A stretch of DNA of 58,811 nucleotides, from the NCBI GenBank assembly GCA_030247525.1, contig JAOTSC010000003.1, positions 1-58,811 on the forward strand, written 5' to 3'. The notes below the pieces were generated by a model, which saw nothing but the letters and a program-made list of their open reading frames with translations, did not search any database and was not told the origin of the DNA. Every line of letters begins with the position of its first letter. Within the stretch, counting starts at the first letter, position 1. Of this stretch, positions 38,301 through 45,790 are shown in pieces. A program made the position numbers and the translations under genes. The DNA comes from a bacterium (GTDB lineage: Bacteria > Electryoneota > JAOADG01).

Positions 38301-40961
38301 GACTCAACCTATCAAATCCATTGGGGGACTTACAGCGGTCTCGGCACGGTACATCTCGATCTGAATCGTAATTATCCGACTGGAACATGGGAACGGTTGT
38401 TTGCCGCGACTGCAAATGACGGATATCAAAATTGGCAGGTAACGGGTGCGATAACGGATCATGCGCGAATGCGGGTGATGGTTACCTCGAATCCCTTTCC
38501 CGGGGATACCTCCGATTTCGATTTTGCAATTCGGGGATTCTCGCGAATCTCGGTTGCAGACACGCTCGACTTAGGGGCAGGTGCGATTGGTGCGAATGTT
38601 ACCCGCGCGCTTTGGGTGAAAAATGTTGGTGCGGATACCCTGCGCATCGATTCGGTACGTTGGACGGGCACATATTCCGTGATGTCTCCCTATTCCCGGA
38701 TTGCACCGGGTGATAGCGCGCAGTTTGTCATTACGTGGCAGGTAGCGACGACCGGTCAGATTAACACCTTCCGGATTTATCATAATTCACCGTCGGACCC
38801 GAATCCCTACAATGTGATTTTGAAAGGGGACTGGTATCGCTCCTTCCCCTATTGGGAAACCTTTAGCGATAACAACGGTGCGCCACTTGGATGGACGACC
38901 CAGAACCCCGATAACCGGCTCGGCTGGGCATCGATGTTGGATAACGGAAACTACAGCCGGTTCATGCCGAATGCCGCCTACAACTATCCCGGCGAACGCG
39001 ATTACTTGATTTCTCCCCGCCTAAATTCAGGTGGGGTGGTGTATCCGGCAATGCAATTCGACGTGAGTTACGGACCATCGTCAAATCACGATTCACTGCG
39101 GGTTGAGTGTTCCATCGACAACGGTGTAACCTATCCCTATTTGCTGTTCTATAGCGGCGGTGAACAATTGCGGACACGCACGACGCCGCTTATTCCCGAT
39201 ACGTGGATGACCTTCTCTGCGACGTTCCCGCAAGCCGCCTATTTTTGTAATTCGGTGCGGGTGCGGTTTGTGTCAATTTCCTATCATGGCGACGATTTAT
39301 ATATCGATAACGTTGTGTTCCGGGAAGGGCTCCCTCAATTGACTATTTCGCCGCGTTATCTCGATTTCGGTAGTGTGGTGCGCGGACAACCGGGTAGCCG
39401 ACAGCTTTGGTTCAAAAATCCCGGCAATGCAAATTTACACGTTACCGGAATTACGTTGCCGATTGGTGTCACCACCGCGCTGCAGGATTTTGCCGTAGTG
39501 ATGAATGACTCGATTCCGATAACCATCAATTGGTTGCCGCAAACCGAGACCGTGTTGTGGGATTCGTTGACGATTATCTCCAATGCAGGGAATTCACCTC
39601 GGATTACGATACCAGTGGTGGGATTGTCGGTGATGCCGCTGGATGCAATCCAACCGGCGGGAACATTGCAAGCCGCCGCGACCGTTCCCGGCGTCACTTT
39701 AACGTGGAATGCATCGCCATCAGAAGTATCCGGGTATCATATTTATCGCAGCGATTCACTCCCATTTTTTACACCGCCCGAAGGAAATCTGTTGGGGGTT
39801 ACGTCCGCCGCGACATTGCGTTATCGTGACAGCACATTCTCGCAAAAAGCCTACTACCGTGTATCGGCATTTCTTCGCTCAGAGTTCTCTACTTTCACCG
39901 GGGACGATGCTCTCAACGAACATGGGTTTGCCGTCGTAGAAACTCCCGAGCGGAAAGCGATACTATCCGGTACCGACCGATTTTGGGCGACGGGTCGACG
40001 CGGGTTACTCACGAAATACGCGCAATCCGGCGCCGCGCTTTCTACTCAATATTTTACTACGCCGGCTCATGTCAACAACATCGTGCAATTTTGCGCAGGA
40101 ACTCTTGTAATCACTGGCTATCAAGGCAACGGCGCTGCGCTGATTGCAATGATGCTCGATTCCAATGGCAGTCAACAATGGACGGCGACCAAACCGCTGT
40201 CGTTGGTTTCTTACTTCTATCGTACCGGAGCGGTGCGAACGTTCGATAACGGTTTATTGATGGTAGGCGGTAGCCGGAATGGACTGCCGAATGCCGACTT
40301 GTTGCTTTGGAAAGTGGATCGTAACGGCGCCGATGTATGGACCCGTACTCATGCGATTACCGCGAGCGACGATGACCATGGCGTATGTGTCGCTCCAGCA
40401 ATCGATCAAGGGTGGTTGGTAGGCGGCGGTTCCTATAGCGCGGGGAGTTGGCTGGTGCGGATCGATGATGCCGGTAATCGCACCTGGACCCGATTCTACG
40501 GCGGTGGCGCAGTTTCCCACTTCCAATGTGTCCTTCCCGAAAGCGATGGCGGTGCGGCGCTGTTTGGCTACACGACAGCGTTGGGAGCGGCAAATGGCGA
40601 TGCGTGGCTCGTGCGGGTAAATGCGGTCGGCGATACGCTCTTTACCCGGACGTTTAACCGCGGCGGTAATGAATATTGCCCGGCGGCAGTGAAGACGATT
40701 GACGGGGGGTATGTCTTCCTGATTGCAAACTCCTATGAAAACACCAATGGCGATATCAGGTTGGTAAAGATAAATGCAAGTGGTGTGATACAATGGGAAC
40801 GCACGTTCGATAGCGGTGGCGACGATAACGGGCGAGCTTTGACATTGTGTGCCGATGGCGGCTTTTTAATCGGTGGAGCGAATCGTTCCAACTCGACAAC
40901 GCAATCCGGCAATGCGTGGATTATACGTACTGACGCCAGCGGTTTCGTTATCATGCAATAG
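35367..40961 (+). CDS. Giant secreted subtilisin-like (S8) serine protease with multiple Ig/FN3-like modules and a C-terminal six-repeat beta-propeller-like region
   Basis: Signal peptide. Catalytic triad motifs DTGVDYDHEDL, HGTHVAGTLAA and GTSMAAPNAAAVASW. C-terminal repeats of the GDAWLVRxDxxGxxxWTRTF type. No NYPNPF-type sorting domain. Confidence 0.9.
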   Translation: MRTRIVALFCLLLPALLHAIPDHSFAKDRIWIKLSESFSQTANRAGDGTFTIPTGSFALDAFMAREGIEKLDPLFPFSKVTQSDPLFYKHNLHRHYRIQFKKVFSLSELESLAKRAATLSEIVEAAPIPVYKPCWTPNDWSINDMWGLAAMNVDEAWDHGRTTDSDFIAVTLDTGVDYDHEDLTDNVVANSVEDWNRNGRWDSSWWLPDHQGGDRNLLDDDNNGYIDDVMGWDFVNVTMSSQSRINGEDYDDSDNEPYDFHGHGTHVAGTLAARTNNSRGVPSASRNIKMIPLRVGCAYINSNNDTTSGLYSDYAASAIHYAHNRGARVISMSFGGYNTNNALEDAINWATDHGALCFAAAGNDDTSAVVYPARHANSICVGASDRNYTKAGFSSYGPDVDVSAPGTGIWSTMVNNALHPTNYISWQGTSMAAPNAAAVASWLWTIYPQKSNQEIRWALTHGVRLFPDSLQMGSGVVTMDTSFYLLAKPLRVFWKEGDKLYIGDTAGIRIRTLESNPNRQYRFEIKRAMNNWQWETLQQAAIGSLSGFSIAYPVTYPTDVVMFRISFVDDPAVVDSTFPLIEVARPAQILSNFNSVYWIGDGPIIGSELRRPYSDEYHFQLTHNYGAANTIWTDIHRDYNHEYFRWDPTYPLTDSGRVRVIIPTIPGVGDTCNRTFMIRPYNHVFWPNSGSFRFGETIDLTWESPQTHLVRIQLNRAFPDTNGWVTVADSLVDTGHYDFVVTPLHSTTARFRILNQDNLTLGDTTDNNLIFSDDRVLLSPNGGEFWRIGASQEIRWGSYLPVENQYASIYLNRNYPTGAWESIAHVQNSGSTNWTVTGPATTNARIKIMNAATMRGDTSDASFVIRNSSFQLTDPQNGAAWYIGGWGGVRWTTLSASEGAVRIQLNRNYPSQFWETIIDSTADDGYDSWSVSGTTGSNMRVRIRSRSDTLNCDTLPHNFSILQGWPMVYPNGFETWYVDSTYQIHWGTYSGLGTVHLDLNRNYPTGTWERLFAATANDGYQNWQVTGAITDHARMRVMVTSNPFPGDTSDFDFAIRGFSRISVADTLDLGAGAIGANVTRALWVKNVGADTLRIDSVRWTGTYSVMSPYSRIAPGDSAQFVITWQVATTGQINTFRIYHNSPSDPNPYNVILKGDWYRSFPYWETFSDNNGAPLGWTTQNPDNRLGWASMLDNGNYSRFMPNAAYNYPGERDYLISPRLNSGGVVYPAMQFDVSYGPSSNHDSLRVECSIDNGVTYPYLLFYSGGEQLRTRTTPLIPDTWMTFSATFPQAAYFCNSVRVRFVSISYHGDDLYIDNVVFREGLPQLTISPRYLDFGSVVRGQPGSRQLWFKNPGNANLHVTGITLPIGVTTALQDFAVVMNDSIPITINWLPQTETVLWDSLTIISNAGNSPRITIPVVGLSVMPLDAIQPAGTLQAAATVPGVTLTWNASPSEVSGYHIYRSDSLPFFTPPEGNLLGVTSAATLRYRDSTFSQKAYYRVSAFLRSEFSTFTGDDALNEHGFAVVETPERKAILSGTDRFWATGRRGLLTKYAQSGAALSTQYFTTPAHVNNIVQFCAGTLVITGYQGNGAALIAMMLDSNGSQQWTATKPLSLVSYFYRTGAVRTFDNGLLMVGGSRNGLPNADLLLWKVDRNGADVWTRTHAITASDDDHGVCVAPAIDQGWLVGGGSYSAGSWLVRIDDAGNRTWTRFYGGGAVSHFQCVLPESDGGAALFGYTTALGAANGDAWLVRVNAVGDTLFTRTFNRGGNEYCPAAVKTIDGGYVFLIANSYENTNGDIRLVKINASGVIQWERTFDSGGDDNGRALTLCADGGFLIGGANRSNSTTQSGNAWIIRTDASGFVIMQ

Positions 40962-40964
40962 ATC

Positions 40965-41363
40965 GTGGGTGATGGGGGATGGGAAAAGATGGTGAAAGGT
41001 GTAGGGTGTAAGGTGTTGGGGGATGGGCAGGGGCGGCACAGAAAACGTCCGCTCGTAATGGGTAGGGACTGAGGGTTCCAGTCCGGTTAAAAACAAAAGG
41101 GCGAACACGAGGTTCGCCCTTACTCACGGGCGGCTGCTTGCCGCCCCTACTGGAGGTTAGTCAACCCACCTTGCGGCTCGCCGCAGGTAATCCTGCCTGA
41201 CAGGGGTACGGACAGGTCTCCAGACCTGTTAAATAAAAAGGCGACCCAAAGGGTCTTGCCCCAACCAAACGGGCTTGGGGAAGCCCGTAACCACCTCCCC
41301 AACACCCCAACACTGATAACCCATTACTCATCCCCCATTGCCCATTACCCATTACCCAACCCT
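40965..41363. repeat. Composite 400-nt intergenic palindrome-like element: G-rich heptad arm, 7 nested REP hairpins, complementary C-rich heptad arm
   Basis: G-arm 40965-41033 (gtgggtgatgggggatggg...ggtgaaaggtgtagggtgtaaggtg...). Hairpins at 41099, 41128, 41152, 41206, 41240 and 41271. C-arm 41291-41363 (cctccccaacaccccaac...cccattacccattacccaaccc). Confidence 0.9.
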
Positions 41364-41432
41364 CAATTCTTGTGTTCGGAGAGAATTTGTAGTAAATAGT
41401 CTGGATATCTTTGTACATTCCGCAAGAAGAGT

Positions 41433-42269
41433 ATGCTGAAATTTGGCGGTCCCCCTGCCGATTCCGAGGGGAAACATTATCAATTGTTATGGGTGCCCCC
41501 CGATCACCGCGAGCCAGTTTCGCTCACGATGTCGGTAATCGGTTGGCGCTGGATTCGCATCGCTATCGTAATGTTGGCAGTGATGCTCATTGGGATGGTA
41601 ATCACTTGGGGTGTTTTTCTCCGGCAAGCACTTTCCTACGACCGGTTAGTACAGGAAAACAAATCGCTCAAAGTGAGTGTCGTGAAACTGGACGAAATGC
41701 GGATGCAATTGGAATCGCTCCAGATTCTCGACGATCAGGTGCGGCGAGCATTAGGAAGCCGCCCCGGATTGACAGCGGAAGACCGCGCCTTGTTGCGGGA
41801 GCGTTACCGTTCCAAGCAGTTTTCCAGCAGTTCCCGTTCCGGACAAGAATTATCCGATGTAACGTTTTTACCGACATTGATGCCGACGGTTGGGTTGGTT
41901 TCACGACATTTTACCAATTCACCGTTTGCGGGCAATGAGGGACATCGTGGAATCGACATTGCCTCGGCGAGTGGTACACCAATTATTGCCGCGGCAAGCG
42001 GTACCGTGCTTTTCAGCGGGTGGACACAACAGTATGGGAATACGTTACTTGTGGGACACCCCTCCGGGTACACCACGATGTATGGTCATGCCCAAATGTT
42101 TTTTTGGAATGCGGGCGATATCGTTCGACAAGGCGAACCGATTGGATTGGTCGGTTCGACTGGAAAATCGACCGGGCCGCATTTACATTTCGAGGTTTGG
42201 AAAGAAAATTCTGTGATCGATCCGATGACGATGATCTCGGAGAATCGGTTTACCGCAAACAAGCGGTAG
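41433..42269 (+). CDS. M23/LytM-family peptidoglycan endopeptidase with N-terminal TM and coiled coil
   Basis: Motifs HRGIDIA, TTMYGHAQ and GPHLHFEV. Confidence 0.85.
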   Translation: MLKFGGPPADSEGKHYQLLWVPPDHREPVSLTMSVIGWRWIRIAIVMLAVMLIGMVITWGVFLRQALSYDRLVQENKSLKVSVVKLDEMRMQLESLQILDDQVRRALGSRPGLTAEDRALLRERYRSKQFSSSSRSGQELSDVTFLPTLMPTVGLVSRHFTNSPFAGNEGHRGIDIASASGTPIIAAASGTVLFSGWTQQYGNTLLVGHPSGYTTMYGHAQMFFWNAGDIVRQGEPIGLVGSTGKSTGPHLHFEVWKENSVIDPMTMISENRFTANKR

Positions 42270-42277
42270 GAGGAGTT

Positions 42278-42742
42278 ATGTTGACACGCGGCGGAACGAC
42301 ATCAACCGGAACAGAAATCGCAACGGTGATTGGCGCTGAAACATTAATCGAAGGGAACATCACAGTTCCTCATTCGATGCGGCTCGATGGTCGCGTCCAC
42401 GGACAAGTGAATGTTACCGAGACTTTGACGGTTGGTCCGAACGGCACGGTCGAGGGAAATGTTCAAGTAAAATCGGTAATTGTCGGTGGTAAAGTCATCG
42501 GCTCGGTGAGTGCATCGGATAAAATTACCCTGAACAGTACCGCGGCGATGAATGGCGATTTAGTGTGTGCTAAACTGGTAATTGAAGAAGGGGCGGTATT
42601 CGAGGGGATGTCGCGGATGGGTACCGGAAAGCTGCCGCTCATGATGCCGCAAGCGGAACCGCGGAGTGATGCAACGAAACCGAATACCAGCGAAGGTGCG
42701 CAACAACCGGAAGTACCGCGCTGGGCGGATCGCAAAAGATAG
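42278..42742 (+). CDS. Bactofilin (polymer-forming cytoskeletal protein)
   Basis: AGGAGG RBS 5 nt upstream of ATG 42278. Beta-helical repeat pattern (IEGNITVPHSMRLDGRVHGQVNVTETLTVGPNGTVEGNVQVKSVIVGGKVIGSV). Disordered C-terminal tail. Confidence 0.85.
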   Translation: MLTRGGTTSTGTEIATVIGAETLIEGNITVPHSMRLDGRVHGQVNVTETLTVGPNGTVEGNVQVKSVIVGGKVIGSVSASDKITLNSTAAMNGDLVCAKLVIEEGAVFEGMSRMGTGKLPLMMPQAEPRSDATKPNTSEGAQQPEVPRWADRKR

Positions 42743-42745
42743 GCA

Positions 42746-42817
42746 GGAATTCGGAACTCGGGGTTCGGGGTTCAAATTTACTCACCGATTCCCGAATTCC
42801 GATATCCGATCCCCGAG
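42746..42817. repeat. G-tract heptad arm plus complementary C-tract arm, ending exactly at the atpZ start codon
   Basis: ggaattcggaactcggggttcggggttc (42746-42773) and gattcccgaattccgatatccgatccccgag (42787-42817). The ATG of the next gene is at 42818. Confidence 0.85.
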
Positions 42818-43072
42818 ATGTTAGACCGCGATAGCGTAAAGGCATGGGCAGCCATCGGTGAATACTCATCGCTGGGGATTCAGATGGTGGGTACTATCGC
42901 GGTGTGTGCCGGACTGGGGTGGTATATGGATCGCGCTTGGAACACAAAACCGTGGGGGTTGCTTCTCGGAGCACTGTTCGGAGCGACGGGGGGAATGATC
43001 GCATTCATCCGGGCGGTACTCAAAGCCAATCGCGACACCGAACGAAGTGACCTCGAAAAGAATCATAAGTAA
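42818..43072 (+). CDS. atpZ: AtpZ/AtpI-family small membrane protein (putative F0F1-ATPase-associated subunit)
   Basis: 84 aa, two TM helices (LGIQMVGTIAVCAGLGWYMD...GLLLGALFGATGGMIAF). First gene of the atp cluster. Confidence 0.65.
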   Translation: MLDRDSVKAWAAIGEYSSLGIQMVGTIAVCAGLGWYMDRAWNTKPWGLLLGALFGATGGMIAFIRAVLKANRDTERSDLEKNHK

Positions 43073-43148
43073 GCGTATTTTTATCGATGGATTTGTTGTT
43101 GCGGGAATTGCACTTAGGCAATCGACCTCTTACATTAGCGACTTTGGA

Positions 43149-43517
43149 ATGCCGGTGAAATCACTATTCCGATGGTTTTTTTTGATCGCACTCGCGCTCT
43201 ATTTCACATACTATCTGCCACCGGCAGGCATGGTAGGCGCGAAATATTTCTTAGCCGTGATTACTGCGATTGGTACCGGTTTGGCGGGATTCATCCAGCT
43301 CCGTGTTGCAAAAAATAGCAACGGCCAACCGATGAAAGCGGTCGCCATCGGCGGCGGGATTCGCATCTTATTTGTGATTGCATTAGTGGTGGTCGCATTG
43401 ACGAAGTTTCCCGAGAATGCCCGACTTGGCAATGTAATTGCGATTATGATGATGTACTTTGCGATACAGTTGGCGGAATTGCCGACGATTGTTAGAATTT
43501 TGAGTCAAGAACATTAA
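43149..43517 (+). CDS. ATP synthase protein I-like membrane protein
   Basis: About 122 aa and four hydrophobic segments, located between atpZ and atpB. Start chosen at ATG 43149, because the longer ORF overlaps atpZ. Confidence 0.5.
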   Translation: MPVKSLFRWFFLIALALYFTYYLPPAGMVGAKYFLAVITAIGTGLAGFIQLRVAKNSNGQPMKAVAIGGGIRILFVIALVVVALTKFPENARLGNVIAIMMMYFAIQLAELPTIVRILSQEH

Positions 43518-43521
43518 ATGT

Positions 43522-43621
43522 GGTAGCCGCAGACTTCAGTCTGCGAATGGAAATAAAACGAGTGTAAACGCGGTCTAAAGCCCGCGGCTACCCATAAGCC
43601 ACTACCCATCGGTGGCTACCC
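43522..43621. repeat. REP cluster (two inverted GGTAGCCGC-family hairpins plus a GCCAC/GTGGC hairpin)
   Basis: ggtagccgcagacttcagtctgcg (43522-43545), cgcggtctaaagcccgcggctaccc (43569-43593) and gccactacccatcggtggctaccc (43598-43621). Confidence 0.9.
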
Positions 43622-43653
43622 ATTGAACTAAACAACCGAATGGAAATGTGCGA

Positions 43654-44601
43654 ATGAGTGAACCGACCCACACGATAACCCAAACGGTGAGCGATACGCT
43701 CCACGCGGCGCAATCCGTTGCCGGCCATGCCGCCGAACACGGCGCGGAGCATGGCGCTCACGACTACTCGTTCGCCCACGATTCGCTTTGGACCGGGCAG
43801 GATTTGACCTACAATCTACTCGATCACCATCTCGAATTCCTTCCCGATTGGGGAACTTTTACCCTCACGAAGCACGGTTTTATCCTCGCATTAGCGGCGT
43901 TCGTCTTGGTCATTTTTGCGACGCTCGCCGGCAAGTCCGCGAAGAAACGGATGGGGAAAGCCCCGACCGGGTTAGGTAATTTCCTCGAAGTGTTCGTGAA
44001 GTTCATTCGCGACGATGTGGTCTACCCTGCAATGGGTGAGAAGTTGGGCAAACACCTCCTCAATTACTTCCTGACTGCCTTCTTTTTCATTCTGTTCGGT
44101 AATCTTGCCGGACTCATCCCCGGATCGAAATCGCCGACGATGAATATCGCGGTAACGATGGGGATGGCGGTGATGACGTTTATCCTGATGATTTATAGCG
44201 GGGTGCGCGTCCACGGGTTGTGGGGCTTTTTGAAGCATTTCGCCCCGCCCGGTATTCCGTGGCCCGTCTACTTTATTCTGACCCCGATAGAAATTGTCGG
44301 ACTCTTCGTAAAACCGTTCGCATTAACGATTCGTCTCTTTGCGAATATGGTGGCGGGAAAAGCGCTGGTGCTTTCATTCATCGGACTGATTTTTATGTTG
44401 GGTAGCGCGCTGGGCGCCGGGGCGGCATTCGGTATTGGACTGCTCCCATTTGCGGGCGGCGTCGGTATCATGTTGCTGGAAATCTTTGTCGCATTTTTGC
44501 AGGCGTTCATCTTTACCATGCTGTCGGCGCTGTTCATTGGACAACTGGCAACGGCACACGACGAACACGACCACGAACATGGTCACGAGCATGCGCATTA
44601 A
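43654..44601 (+). CDS. atpB: F0 ATP synthase subunit a, with His-rich N- and C-terminal extensions
   Basis: Conserved Arg in LTIRLFANMVAG and a multi-TM core. N-terminus AGHAAEHGAEHGAHD; C-terminus HDEHDHEHGHEHAH. Confidence 0.9.
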   Translation: MSEPTHTITQTVSDTLHAAQSVAGHAAEHGAEHGAHDYSFAHDSLWTGQDLTYNLLDHHLEFLPDWGTFTLTKHGFILALAAFVLVIFATLAGKSAKKRMGKAPTGLGNFLEVFVKFIRDDVVYPAMGEKLGKHLLNYFLTAFFFILFGNLAGLIPGSKSPTMNIAVTMGMAVMTFILMIYSGVRVHGLWGFLKHFAPPGIPWPVYFILTPIEIVGLFVKPFALTIRLFANMVAGKALVLSFIGLIFMLGSALGAGAAFGIGLLPFAGGVGIMLLEIFVAFLQAFIFTMLSALFIGQLATAHDEHDHEHGHEHAH

Positions 44602-44788
44602 TTGATTTTTTCGCGCGATAAATATGAGGCACAGCCTCGACGCGCACGCCGGATATGGAAAATCCGGTATCGGTTAGGGCATATTTTTTACTAATGCCCA
44701 ACGCAGACAGGATTGTCCGCGCCACCGAACCCTTGCCTAAAGCGTGATGCGGGCAAGTGATTGGAAAGGAACGGTACGTCTTTCAACT

Positions 44789-44877
44789 GTACGTCGGACA
44801 TTCTTGTCCGACGGGCGTGAAGGAAAAGAGGCGTGTCGGATAACGTTAACATCGACCGACAGGAATGTCGGTCGTGC
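44789..44877. repeat. Two TTGGACA/CGGACA-family REP hairpins in the 300-nt atpB-atpE spacer
   Basis: gtacgtcggacattcttgtccgacggg (44789-44815) and cgaccgacaggaatgtcggtcgtgc (44853-44877). Confidence 0.9.
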
Positions 44878-44902
44878 AGAATACAAATAAGGAAGCACTT
44901 TC

Positions 44903-45130
44903 ATGGGAAATGAAGCATACGCACTGTTGTCCGCCGGTATCGGCGCAGGTCTTGTGGTTATCGGCGCCGGACTCGGCATCGGCCGCCTCGCTGGCGAAGC
45001 GATGCAAGGAATCGCCCGGCAACCGGAAGCGACCGCGAAAATTCAAACGGCTATGATTATCGCCGCCGCCCTTATCGAAGGCGTCGCGTTGTTCTGCGCC
45101 GTTATTTGCTTACTGTTGTCGTTCAAATAA
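44903..45130 (+). CDS. atpE: F0 ATP synthase subunit c
   Basis: 75-aa hairpin protein with the GIARQPE loop and ion-binding Glu in ALIEGVALF. Confidence 0.95.
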   Translation: MGNEAYALLSAGIGAGLVVIGAGLGIGRLAGEAMQGIARQPEATAKIQTAMIIAAALIEGVALFCAVICLLLSFK

Positions 45131-45134
45131 AAAC

Positions 45135-45200
45135 GGGAACAGGGTACAGGGGTTAGGGAACAGGTAAAGCACTGTTCCCCGTTCCCCGTTCCCCATTCCC
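45135..45200. repeat. GGGAACA-type heptad inverted repeat (long hairpin, or G4-capable G-arm) between atpE and atpF
   Basis: gggaacagggtacaggggttagggaacag / ctgttccccgttccccgttccccattccc. The core stem gggaacag (45156-45163) pairs with ctgttccc (45172-45179). The G-arm fits G3N4G3N4G4N3G3. Confidence 0.9.
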
Positions 45201-45210
45201 TGAGGGAACC

Positions 45211-45705
45211 ATGAATCCAATTGAATTGGTAACGCCCAACGTCGGAATGTGGTTTTGGACGACGCTGCTATTCTTAGCGGTGCTCATCATCCTGCGGAAA
45301 ACCGCGTGGGGTCCGATTGTCAAGGCGCTCGAAGAACGCGAGAAGACGATTGCCGACGATTTGAAGCGCGCCGAATCTGCCCGTGTCGATGCCGAAGGGG
45401 CGCGGGAAAGTCTGCTCAAGGAACAGGCGAAAATGCTTGCCGAGCAGAATGACCGGGTCGCCCAGATGATGAAGAATGCGGAACATCGCGCCGCCGACAT
45501 CATCGAACAGGCAAAAGTCGAAGCGCAGAAGCAGCGGGAAACCGCTACCGCCGAAATCGAACGCGAGAAGCAAAAAGCCATCGCCTCGATTCGCAGCGAA
45601 GTCGTAACGGTAGCGCTCAATGCCGCGCAAGCGGTGATCGGCAGAGAGTTGAAGCCGGAAGACCATCAGCGCTTGATTGAACAATCGATCAATCATTTGA
45701 ACTAA
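45211..45705 (+). CDS. atpF: F0 ATP synthase subunit b
   Basis: N-terminal TM helix followed by a long charged coiled coil. Position between atpE and atpH. Confidence 0.85.
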   Translation: MNPIELVTPNVGMWFWTTLLFLAVLIILRKTAWGPIVKALEEREKTIADDLKRAESARVDAEGARESLLKEQAKMLAEQNDRVAQMMKNAEHRAADIIEQAKVEAQKQRETATAEIEREKQKAIASIRSEVVTVALNAAQAVIGRELKPEDHQRLIEQSINHLN

Positions 45706-45779
45706 GGGTGTATGGTGAAAGGTGAAGGGTGAAAGGGATCTTCATGCCACCTTACACCCTACACCTTATACCTTTCACC
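45706..45779. repeat. GGTGAAAGG heptad inverted repeat (imperfect long hairpin) between atpF and atpH
   Basis: The G-arm (45706-45737) and C-arm (45747-45779) are complementary; for example ggtgaaagg (45714-45722) pairs with cctttcacc (45771-45779). Confidence 0.9.
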
Positions 45780-45790
45780 GCAAGGAAGAA

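Noticed and set aside
40254-40793. Long antisense or alternative-frame ORFs inside strong genes (e.g. 3471..3992, 19096..19638, 40254..40793, 45153..45620, 48940..49575, 50499..51089)
   Set aside because: They overlap genes with clear family motifs on the other strand or frame, have Arg/Ser/Pro-rich low-complexity translations, and lack any recognisable domain. They are shadow ORFs.
40866-41418. ORFs that read through repeat clusters (40866..41108, 41161..41418, 46284..46577, 51217..51579, 5471..5680, 6241..6561; also the N-terminal extensions of ORFs 45722, 42020, 43047 and 56324)
   Set aside because: Their sequences are translations of REP or heptad repeats (PYTLH.., GEG.., PNTES.. strings). 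Better-supported downstream starts with RBSs and native N-termini exist for the real genes.
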